Positions 30,225 to 39,293 of a DNA stretch of 64,000 nt are shown here, in pieces. Source of the DNA: Alphaproteobacteria bacterium (GTDB taxonomy: Bacteria; Pseudomonadota; Alphaproteobacteria; MPNO01; UBA830); NCBI GenBank assembly GCA_964291215.2, contig OZ219791.1, positions 2,176,001 to 2,240,000 on the forward strand, read 5' to 3'. The translations under genes were made by a program, and so were the position numbers. Position 1 is the first letter of the stretch, and each line of letters starts with the position of its first letter. The notes beneath the pieces were generated by a model. That model made no database searches and was not told where the DNA came from. It saw only the letters and a program-made list of their open reading frames with translations.

Positions 30225-30690
30225 GTAAGCGTTCGTTCGTGCGGTGATGACGATCTGCGCTGAGGTTTGTTTTGGTGATTCGGAGAAGGGGGCTGGTAGA
30301 TTTTTTTGGCGGTGCCATCAGGTCGTGCATGGTCATGTGCATCGAGGATTTCGTGTCATCATCGGGTGCGGACGCCGCTGGCGACGTGCCGCAGTCGTCG
30401 TGTCGTGATTCGGCCACCTGGAAGTCCCGGTACGATCGCGAGCGTATTCGAGCCGAGGCGGCGGAAGCCCGCACGGCGGCTGCGGAGGGTCGCTGTGAGG
30501 AGTTGCGCTTGCAGGAGGTGGAGGGGCCGCGCGAATTCCCTGAAGGCGGTTTTCGAGAGCAAGCGTGAGAAGCTGGCAGTTGCCCGCCCGGCGGTGCACG
30601 AAACCGCTCCGGGTGACGCTGGAACTCCCTGACAAAAGCCCGTCAAACGGACGAAAACAACAACACCTCACCGCACGAACGAACGCTTAC
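30225..30690. mobile_element. IS66-derived non-autonomous element, 466 bp
   Basis: Perfect 23-bp TIR GTAAGCGTTCGTTCGTGCGGTGA; 8-bp TSD CGGCATGC; internal sequence matches the IS66 remnant at 57203-59150. Confidence 0.9.
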
Positions 30691-30881
30691 CGGCATGCGG
30701 TCTGCTGTCGCCAGGTGGGCGATACCGTGTCCGGCTTGAATTTTTTGCTGCCTATATGATTTTGGCGGCCCCGGTGGCATAGTGCGCCCCGACAGGGAGG
30801 CGTTTGGTCGGAATTGCTCGGAAGTGGCGGTTTGAATCTCGTCTTCCGGAACGTAGACTGGCTGAAAGAGATGTGCAGGTA

Positions 30882-31541
30882 ATGCGGGACATGCAGACGC
30901 AGCGTCTGGCCATGGTGGAGTCGCAGCTCCGCACCGATCGGGTGACGGACAAGCGGCTGCTCGACGCCATGGCTGAAATTCCCCGGGAGCGATTTGTTCC
31001 CGACGGCCGCCGACATCTCGCCTATATCGACGAGGATATCCCGATCGGCCACGGGCGGCACCTGCTTGAACCGCGGGTATTTGCACGGTTGGTGCAGGCA
31101 GCGGAAATCTCGGATTCCGATGTGGTGCTGGATATCGGCTGCGGGTCAGGCTATTCGGCGACCGTCCTCGGCCGTCTTGCCCAAGCTGTGGTTGCCGTCG
31201 AATCCGCGCCTGAACTGATCGAAATGGCCGGCAGTTCGGTGGACGAGGCGGACCAGGACAACATCGTCTTCCAGGTCGGGCAGCTGGCGGACGGCAGGCC
31301 GGGACAGGCACCCTATGATGTCATATTCATCAACGGTGCGGTCCAGCAGGTGCCCGAGACGCTTCTGTCGCAACTCGCGGAGGGAGGGCGGCTCTGCACC
31401 GTGCTTCGTCCGGATGACGGGCCCGGCCGAGCCGTGATCATGCTGCACACCGATGGTCAGGTTTCACAGCGGCCGATCTTCAACGCGAACGTGCCGGTTC
31501 TCGTCGAATTCAACAGAACAAGGAGCTTCGTCTTCTCATGA
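30882..31541 (+). CDS. pcm: Protein-L-isoaspartate O-methyltransferase
   Basis: MVESQLRT, PRERFVP, VLDIGCGSGY, PYDVIFING, QLAEGGRL. Confidence 0.9.
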   Translation: MRDMQTQRLAMVESQLRTDRVTDKRLLDAMAEIPRERFVPDGRRHLAYIDEDIPIGHGRHLLEPRVFARLVQAAEISDSDVVLDIGCGSGYSATVLGRLAQAVVAVESAPELIEMAGSSVDEADQDNIVFQVGQLADGRPGQAPYDVIFINGAVQQVPETLLSQLAEGGRLCTVLRPDDGPGRAVIMLHTDGQVSQRPIFNANVPVLVEFNRTRSFVFS

Positions 31542-32824
31542 GACATCGTGTGACGGGTTTCCTAATGATCGTGCTGGCCGGTGCCGCGACTGCCGTGGCC
31601 CAAGCCCAGTCCCTGGAAGATACCCTTGTCATGGCCTACCGGAACAATCCTGCGCTACAGTCTGCCCGGGCCAGACTCGCCGCTTCCCAAGAGGACATCG
31701 AGCAGGTGCGGGCGCAGGCGATGCCGCGCATCGATTTTTCCGTCCGTGGCTACCAATGGGAAAATATCCAGCGCAGCGGCACGGACTTAGACAGCAACAA
31801 GTCCGATGTGCTCAATCAGATCATCCTGAGACAGAGCCTCAGGGTGGGGATGAATGTCATTCCCGCCATCAAGGTCGCGCGGTTCATAGTTGAATCCGAC
31901 CGGGTGCAGTTGTCGTTGGTCGAGCAGAACGTCCTGTTCGACGCCGCGACGGCCTATGCCGACGTGATCCGGGACCAGGCGGTCCTCGAGTTGAACGTGA
32001 GCAACGAGAGTGTGCATGAGCGGCAGCTTGAGGCGACCCAGGACCGCTTCAGTGTTGGCGAGGTGACGCGGACCGACGTATCACTGGCGGAATCGCGTCT
32101 GTCGCGCGCCCGCGCAGAGCGGATTGCGGCCGAGGGGCGCCTGACGGAAGCGCGCGCGAGCTTCGAGAACTCCGTCGGCCAGCCCGCAGGCACTATCAGC
32201 CAGCCGCGCGCGCTGACCGATTTGCCGGCGACCTTGCAGGACGCGCTTGAGCAGGCCCGCAGCAACAATCTTGAAGTGGTCCGTGCGCGAGCCCTTACCG
32301 AGGCCGCGCGCCAGAGGGTTGAGACCGTTGATCGGGAGCGATGGCCCAGTCTGTCGCTTACGAGCGAATACAGCTTCGATGACGATTTTCAGGGTCGCAG
32401 CGACCGTCGACGCGCCTCCATCATGCTGGGATTGAGCATGCCCCTCTATACCTCTGGTTCGATCCAGTCGCGGCTTCGTCAGGCCCGGCAGGTCGTTACG
32501 CAGAATCGGCAGAATGTCAGGCAACTGGTCCAGTCGTCAGTGGAAGCGACAACTGCTGCTTGGCAGAGGTTGCAGGTGGCTCGGGCGCAGATCGACGCTT
32601 TCACGGCACTGGTCAAGGCCGGCGAGATAGCGCTCGCCGGAGTGCGGGAGGAAGCGGCGGTGGGCTCGCGCACCGTTCTTGATGTGCTTGACGCAGAACA
32701 GGAACTTCTCGACGCGAAGGTCAATATGCTGCGCGCACGCCGTGACGAAGTTGTCGGCACGTTCCAGCTGCGCCGGTCCGTGGGCAGCCTGACCGCCAGG
32801 CAGTTGGGGCTAGCCGTCCAGTAG
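31538..32824 (+). CDS. tolC: TolC-family outer membrane protein
   Basis: Signal peptide, AYRNNP, RFSVGEVTRTDV, GSRTVLDVLDAEQEL. Confidence 0.9.
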   Translation: MRHRVTGFLMIVLAGAATAVAQAQSLEDTLVMAYRNNPALQSARARLAASQEDIEQVRAQAMPRIDFSVRGYQWENIQRSGTDLDSNKSDVLNQIILRQSLRVGMNVIPAIKVARFIVESDRVQLSLVEQNVLFDAATAYADVIRDQAVLELNVSNESVHERQLEATQDRFSVGEVTRTDVSLAESRLSRARAERIAAEGRLTEARASFENSVGQPAGTISQPRALTDLPATLQDALEQARSNNLEVVRARALTEAARQRVETVDRERWPSLSLTSEYSFDDDFQGRSDRRRASIMLGLSMPLYTSGSIQSRLRQARQVVTQNRQNVRQLVQSSVEATTAAWQRLQVARAQIDAFTALVKAGEIALAGVREEAAVGSRTVLDVLDAEQELLDAKVNMLRARRDEVVGTFQLRRSVGSLTARQLGLAVQ

Positions 32825-33093
32825 CGCCACGCCGCCTGACCCTCGGCGCAGTCTGGCCGAAGCCGGAAATCCTCGGCACCCGCCACCGGGCGCAGCAGCA
32901 TCGGTTGCTGATCCGTCTGGAGCAGTGCTGGGCCGGCGTTATTCCGGCTTTCAGTTCCCCGAAACGGTCGCTCGCAACGGTTCGTCGCATCGGCCGCTGC
33001 CTCCCGGTATCCGGCGCAGGTGAACCGCGCACGATCGGGAAGAGCGCCTCCATATAGGCTAGCAGGCTTCGCCTCAGAGCGACGAGAGGTCTG

Positions 33094-34950
33094 CGGACTC
33101 GGTTCGTTGTTCCGGTCTGCGGAGTGATCCGCCTGATGGTCGCGGTTGGGCGTTGGTAGCAATATGCCATGTGGGGACCCCATCGAATGGAGTCCTGACG
33201 ATGACTATGGCACGGAGTGCCGGTGAGGTTCTTCGCGAGCACGTCACGCTGGAGCTTGAATGCCTCGACAGGCTGTATCTCAACGGCTACGTGCCGATGC
33301 TTCAGGCACCGGGTGGCGTGGCCTACTTGTTGCGGAATGTTCGCGGCATGCCGGTGCCGTTTTCGGCCCTGATGGCGCCGGTGACGCGGGCCTTTGTCGC
33401 GGCCCTCGAGCGGTTTGCCGGGGCGGAGGGGATCGATCTGATCACGTTCAGGCGAGCGCCAGGACAGCCGGACGCAGAAGCAGCTTCGGGACTGGCACGG
33501 CGGGGAGAAGGCGTTCGTCATGTCGGTAAGGCCCAGGAGCGCGCCCGGGTGCTGCGCACCGAGTGCTGCACCGACCCGCGGACGGGCCCGCTCGGGGCGG
33601 TCGTTGGTCTCGGGCACGGCGATGGTGAACCACTACTGTCTTTGCGCCGTCGACGACGAGTTCGGCGCTTTCTTCATCAAGTTCTGTTCCTGCTTCCCCC
33701 TACAACGCCAAGCTGTGCCTGAACGGCCACCAATACGTGAAGCGGTCCGTTCGAACCCCTCGACAACGGCATCCTGAGCTGCGCCCGGCCCGAGCTGATG
33801 CAAGAGATTGCCGGCGAGGTGACGGCCGAACGCATCGACGCCCTGTTCCGCAAGTGGCCGGCGTGCCTGCGGCACGCGTTCACGTCCGAGGACCGCGCCC
33901 GCGGCATCGATTACGAGCTGTCGATCCTGCAGGCCGAGTGCGCGCTGACCCAGGTTTTCGACCGCCCGCTTCACGGCCGCCTGTTCTTCGAGGAGGTGAT
34001 GCGCGAGAACCTCGATCCCGGCCGTCCTGACAACGTGCAGTTGATCTTTGACCGTCGCATCTCCAGGCGCACGCCAACGCGATACCGTAGCCGCGTCATT
34101 ACCGACGACGTCACGCCGTCGCTGTACGTCGACTACAAGCGTTCGCGCATCAAGCAGTACCGCAAGGAGGGCACGACGATCCCACGCTGCTAATCCGGCG
34201 ACGACTGGCGAGATTTTCTCAGTTTGCGTCGCGCTGCAATCGTGCCGCCAAGGCTCGATGGGACCTTCTTGGCGCGAAAATTGCGATTCTGGATTGGCAT
34301 GGGATCGTCGTGGGTCGCGCGCTGCGCACCGGGACCGTCATCAACAACTGCTACGACTTCGGCAGACTGCTGAAAAACCTCGATGATCTCCACAAGATCG
34401 GCTTCGCAGCCAACTGACACCTGCTGCGCGTCCAGCGTTTCAGCCACGACTGTCCTCTCGGAGCCGAAGTCTTCGATGACCTGCATCGGCCCGCGGTGGT
34501 CGACGACATGCGCGCCGCCGCGCTGCGCTTCGGCGATGCCCGCGTCCAGGCCATGCTCTCCGTCATGCTCCTGTTCTGGTTCGTGCCCGTGGGCTTCCGC
34601 AACCGCGAGCTGCGCGAGCACATCGCGCCCCTGCTCGGCCTCCCGCCCGAGCGCTACGCATCCTCGCAGGCCACCTGCGCCGCGTGCGCGGCCTCATCAA
34701 ACGCGTGTCCGGAACCCATCGTTATCATCTCACCGATGCCGGCCGGAGAGTCGCGCTGTACTATTGCCGCGTGCACCGGCGGGTGCTCAGCTTCATGCCG
34801 CGATCTTCGAGGTCAGCATGCCGCCGAAACTCGGGCGCATCGTTCACGCCTTCGACAAACAGATCGATCGCCTGTGACAAGGAGCTCAGCTCGCGGCATG
34901 ATCCTGTCACCCAAAACTTGACGCAAATGGATACGAAACCGTCCACTCAA
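33094..34950 (+). mobile_element. Degenerate uncharacterised mobile-element-like gene without TIRs
   Basis: Fragmented ORF from MTMARSAGEVLREHVTLELECLDRLYLNGYVP through SRIKQYRKEG|RALRT to a C-terminal wHTH (GFRNRELR, RGLIKRVSGTHRYHLT); flanked by 9-bp direct repeat AGAGGTCTG. Confidence 0.55.
34172..34312. mobile_element. MITE (141 bp) nested in the preceding element
   Basis: Perfect 13-bp TIR CACGACGATCCCA / TGGGATCGTCGTG; interrupts the KEG|RALR codons; homologous to 9518-9708. Confidence 0.85.
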
Positions 34951-35204
34951 AGAGGTCTGGCCGGCTGATCGGCGCGAGTCCCGCTGGCCGCGTTATCTCA
35001 CCCTGTTGCCGTGGCGTGGCCGTCCGGCTCGATGCGTCGCCGGCGCGCCGGAGGTGTCGGTCGCGATCACCGTATTTCGGCGGCACTTTCCGGTGGGATC
35101 GTTGCACTCCCGTCAATATCGGGCCATAACCAGTAGCGGGCTCGACGACAATGGTTTGGTCGCCGGCCGGAACGGCGATTGCAGACACCCGGAAATATCC
35201 CGAC

Positions 35205-37946
35205 ATGACAATGGACAAGACATACCGCCCTCAGGAGGTGGAACGGCGCATCGTTGATCTCTGGGAGGCTGGCGGCGCCTTCGGCTGCGGTCACACCCGC
35301 ACGGGCGGAAAGACCGGCGAATCCTATTCCATCGTGATCCCGCCGCCAAACGTGACCGGCAGCCTGCACATGGGTCATGCCCTCAACAATACGCTGCAGG
35401 ACATTCTTGTCCGTTTCGAACGCATGCGCGGCCGTGATGTCCTGTGGCAGCCGGGCACTGACCATGCCGGCATCGCCACGCAGATGGTCGTGGAACGGCA
35501 GTTGGCCGAACAGGGAATAGGGCTGGCACGCGGTTCGGCGGCTGACAACGATGATTCTGGCCATGTTGGCCGTGATGAATTCGTCGAACGTGTTTGGGCG
35601 TGGAAGAAAGAGAGCGGCGGAACGATTACGGGCCAGCTGAGGCGGCTTGGCGCATCGCTCGACTGGAGCCGCGAGCGCTTCACGATGGACGAAGGCTTGT
35701 CCGTGGCGGTGCTCGAAGTCTTCGTCAGCCTCTATCGTGAAGGGCTGATCTACAAGGACAAGCGGCTGGTGAACTGGGATCCCCAGTTCCACACAGCGAT
35801 TTCCGATCTCGAGGTGGACCAGAAGGAGGTCCAAGGAAATCTCTGGTATATCAGCTATCCCATCGAGAACCGGCCCGGGGAATCGATTACGGTTGCAACC
35901 ACGCGGCCCGAGACGATGCTCGGCGACACCGGAATCGCCGTTCACCCGGACAATCCGCGGTGGAAGCATCTGATCGGCAAGTTGGCCGTCCTTCCGCTGG
36001 TCGGCCGGAAGATCCCCATCGTTGCGGACGAATATTCGGATCCGGAGATGGGTAGCGGTGCAGTCAAGATCACCCCGGCCCACGATTTCAACGACTTCGA
36101 GGTCGGCGCGCGGCACGGCCTCGACGTGATCAACATCCTGACGGCCGACGCGCATCTGAACGACTCCGTACCCGAGGCCTACCGGGGGCTTGAGAGATTC
36201 GAGGCGCGCAAGCGCGTGGTTGAGGATCTGGAAGCGGCCGGGCTGATCGAGAAAATCGAGACCCATGCCCATACGGTTCCGCATGGCGACAGGTCGGGTG
36301 TACCCATCGAACCGTTCCTGACCGAACAGTGGTATGTGGACGCGCAGACCCTGGCCGATTCGGCGATAGCGGCCGTCGAGCAGGGACGGACGAGGTTCGT
36401 TCCGAAGCAGTGGGAACGGACCTACTTCCACTGGATGCGCAACATCGAGCCCTGGTGCATCTCGCGTCAGCTCTGGTGGGGACATCGTATTCCCGCCTGG
36501 TACGGTCCCGACGGAGAGATCTTCGTCGCCCTGTCCGAGGACGAGGCGATGGAAGCGGCGCGTGCGCACTATGGCAAGGATGTCTCGCTCAGCCGTGATC
36601 CCGATGTCCTCGATACCTGGTTTTCTTCGGCGCTGTGGCCATTCTCGACGCTGGGCTGGCCGGACGACACTCCGGAGCTGAACCACCACTACCCGACCGA
36701 TGTCCTGGTGACCGGTTTCGACATCATCTTCTTCTGGGTTGCGCGCATGATGATGATGGGGCTTCACTTCATGAAGGATGTCCCTTTCCACGATGTCTAT
36801 ATCCATGCGCTGGTCCGCGACGAGAAGGGCCGGAAGATGTCGAAGAGCCTCGGCAACGTGATGGATCCGCTGGAAATGATCGATCGTTACGGTGCCGATG
36901 CGCTCCGCTTCACGTTGACGGCACTCGCTGCGCAGGGGCGTGACGTCAAGCTTGCAACGGGGCGCTTGGAGGGGTACCGGAATTTCGTAACCAAGCTCTG
37001 GAATGCGGCGCGCTTCACGCGCATGAACGGATGTGCGCCGGTTGCGGATTTTGATCCGGCGTCCTGCAGACTGACCATCAATCGCTGGATTATCGGGGAA
37101 ACGGTGAAAGTTGGTGCGGAGATCGTCACGGCGCTCGAGGAGTACCGCTTCAATGAGGCCGCGCAGAGCGCCTACCGGTTCGTGTGGCACAGATTCTGTG
37201 ACTGGTATCTCGAGTTCGCGAAGCCGGTGTTTCAGGATGGAAGCGCGGAGGATCAGACGGAGACCCGTGCGGCCACTTCATGGGTGCTCGACCAGATCCT
37301 CCATTTCCTGCACCCGATCATGCCGTTCGTGACTGAGGAGTTGTGGGCCCAGCTCGCGCCGGATGCCGGCCGCGATCACTTGCTGGTGTCGCGTTCGTGG
37401 CCCACGCCTGCCGACTCCCTCCGCGATCAGGGGGCCGAAGAGGAGATGGACTGGGTGGTTCGCATGGTCAGTTCCGTGCGGGCTGTCCGTTCGGAAATGA
37501 ACGTCCCGGCATCGGCGGAGCTGGAAATGACACTTGTCGGCGCTTCCGACCGGACGAAAACGAGGGTGGAGGTCCATATGGCTTCCCTGGTCCGTCTGGC
37601 ACGGCTGTCGAAGGTGTCGTCTGCAGAAGCGCTGCCGGAGGATGTCGTCCAGATGGTGGTCGACGAGACGACGATCGGGTTGCCGCTCGGCGACGTCATC
37701 GACGTGGCCGCCGAGACTGCTCGGCTCCAGCGGGAGTTGAAGAAGACCACGGCCGAAATCGAGAAGGCGCAAAAGAAGCTCGCCAACCGGGATTTCGTCT
37801 CCAGGGCTCCGCCTGAGGTCGTGGAGGAGCAGCGGGAGCGCGCGGCCGAGAGCCAGCAGGTACATGACAGGCTGGCGGAAGCCTTGCAGAGGCTGGCCCC
37901 TCTGGCAGAAAACTCGGCCCCAGCGGATTCACGGCCACGGGCCTGA
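35205..37946 (+). CDS. valS: Valine--tRNA ligase
   Basis: PPPNVTGSLHMGHA, TTRPETMLGD, WCISRQLWWGH, KMSKS, C-terminal coiled coil. Confidence 0.98.
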   Translation: MTMDKTYRPQEVERRIVDLWEAGGAFGCGHTRTGGKTGESYSIVIPPPNVTGSLHMGHALNNTLQDILVRFERMRGRDVLWQPGTDHAGIATQMVVERQLAEQGIGLARGSAADNDDSGHVGRDEFVERVWAWKKESGGTITGQLRRLGASLDWSRERFTMDEGLSVAVLEVFVSLYREGLIYKDKRLVNWDPQFHTAISDLEVDQKEVQGNLWYISYPIENRPGESITVATTRPETMLGDTGIAVHPDNPRWKHLIGKLAVLPLVGRKIPIVADEYSDPEMGSGAVKITPAHDFNDFEVGARHGLDVINILTADAHLNDSVPEAYRGLERFEARKRVVEDLEAAGLIEKIETHAHTVPHGDRSGVPIEPFLTEQWYVDAQTLADSAIAAVEQGRTRFVPKQWERTYFHWMRNIEPWCISRQLWWGHRIPAWYGPDGEIFVALSEDEAMEAARAHYGKDVSLSRDPDVLDTWFSSALWPFSTLGWPDDTPELNHHYPTDVLVTGFDIIFFWVARMMMMGLHFMKDVPFHDVYIHALVRDEKGRKMSKSLGNVMDPLEMIDRYGADALRFTLTALAAQGRDVKLATGRLEGYRNFVTKLWNAARFTRMNGCAPVADFDPASCRLTINRWIIGETVKVGAEIVTALEEYRFNEAAQSAYRFVWHRFCDWYLEFAKPVFQDGSAEDQTETRAATSWVLDQILHFLHPIMPFVTEELWAQLAPDAGRDHLLVSRSWPTPADSLRDQGAEEEMDWVVRMVSSVRAVRSEMNVPASAELEMTLVGASDRTKTRVEVHMASLVRLARLSKVSSAEALPEDVVQMVVDETTIGLPLGDVIDVAAETARLQRELKKTTAEIEKAQKKLANRDFVSRAPPEVVEEQRERAAESQQVHDRLAEALQRLAPLAENSAPADSRPRA

Positions 37947-37958
37947 GGAGCGGCCGAC

Positions 37959-38858
37959 ATGAACGCTGTCCGGATCGGCACATCAGAAAAGGGTGGAACG
38001 TTTTGGTCCCAGGGGGAGGCGGTCGCGTGTCTGCTCAGGCGTAGCCACGGGTTCGATTGTCAGGTCCTCGATGCCGCGGAGGCCAGTATCGAGAACGCGC
38101 GAAAGCTTGAGGAAGACCGGCTTGATTTCGGTTTCATGGCCTCGAACTGGATCGGGCGCGCCAGGAATGCCGAGCCTCCCTTCGAGAAACCTGTCGATAT
38201 CCGCATGGTGGCGCCGGCGAATTCAGGCGCGATGTTCTTCATAGTCCGCGAAGACAGTTCGCTGCAGACGATCCGTGACATGATCGGGCGCCGGGTATCC
38301 ATCGGACCGCGGGGGAGCGGCATGGTTCAGCATGTTCACACGATCTTCGGTACCCTCGGGATCGGCCTTGACGAATTCGAGCCGGTGTATCTCTCCTTTG
38401 CCGAGGGTGGCACGGCGCTGGAGGCCGGCGATGTCGACGGCCAGTGGCAATGTCCCTATCCCAACCCGGTCATGCGCGATATCAGCGAGCGGTTCGCTGT
38501 CAGGGTTCTCGATTACGATCCAGCGGACCTCGACAAGGTTCTCGGCGCGGTTGACGTCTATCGCCCCTCGATCATGGCCAAAGGGACGTTTCGCGGGATT
38601 GCGCGCGACACGCGTCAGCTCGCGGTGGTCAATGTCATAGCCGCGCACGCGCGTACGGATGCCGAAACCGTGCGGAAATTCGTTTCGACGATGCTCGACA
38701 ATCTCGACGAACTCGCTGCCGCCAATCCGCTGTTCAGAGGACTCGGCGACCTGTTCGAGCCGTTGCGAAAGGACGGGGTCGCCGCTCTGGAATTCGGAGG
38801 CGTGCCACTGCATGCCGGTGCGGTCCGCGCCTGCCGGGACGCCGGCTATATCGATTGA
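37959..38858 (+). CDS. TAXI-family TRAP solute receptor
   Basis: IGTSEKGGTF, ASIEN, RVSIGPRGSG, VPLHAGA..GY. Confidence 0.8.
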   Translation: MNAVRIGTSEKGGTFWSQGEAVACLLRRSHGFDCQVLDAAEASIENARKLEEDRLDFGFMASNWIGRARNAEPPFEKPVDIRMVAPANSGAMFFIVREDSSLQTIRDMIGRRVSIGPRGSGMVQHVHTIFGTLGIGLDEFEPVYLSFAEGGTALEAGDVDGQWQCPYPNPVMRDISERFAVRVLDYDPADLDKVLGAVDVYRPSIMAKGTFRGIARDTRQLAVVNVIAAHARTDAETVRKFVSTMLDNLDELAAANPLFRGLGDLFEPLRKDGVAALEFGGVPLHAGAVRACRDAGYID

Positions 38859-39271
38859 GCAGAGCGCTTGCGGCACGGGATCGCGAGCGATTTTCCGGAT
38901 CCGGCCGCACTCTCGACTTTCACCCTTTCCCATTCGGAACAGCCCACCGGGAGGACATACCCGTAGCGGCGCTCGGCGAAATGCCGACTGCTTCCGATTA
39001 TCGGCGCGGCGACATCGGTCCTCGCTGTCTGCGAACGGATTTCGTTGTTTGGATCACGCGGGCCGAAGGCGACATATGCCGGCTCGACGAAGACCGCGCC
39101 CCGTTCAGGCTCTGCAATGATGGTTGGCAGCAATCCGTGGTATCGGGCATGGGCGAGGCGCCCGGCGACCGCCATGTGCTCCTCGACAACAGGTTCCGGG
39201 AGCGCAACTTCGTGATGGCGGGCTGCCTCGCCAACAAACTTGTCGCGTCCCCTTCAAGATCGCGCCGCTGA
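38855..39271 (+). CDS. Hypothetical protein
   Basis: TTGA overlap with the upstream stop; fills the gap to the convergent gene. Confidence 0.4.
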   Translation: MSRALAARDRERFSGSGRTLDFHPFPFGTAHREDIPVAALGEMPTASDYRRGDIGPRCLRTDFVVWITRAEGDICRLDEDRAPFRLCNDGWQQSVVSGMGEAPGDRHVLLDNRFRERNFVMAGCLANKLVASPSRSRR

Positions 39272-39293
39272 GATGGCTACGCGGGGAGCATTT

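Noticed and set aside
35067-37190. 707-aa minus-strand ORF
   Set aside because: Antisense shadow of valS
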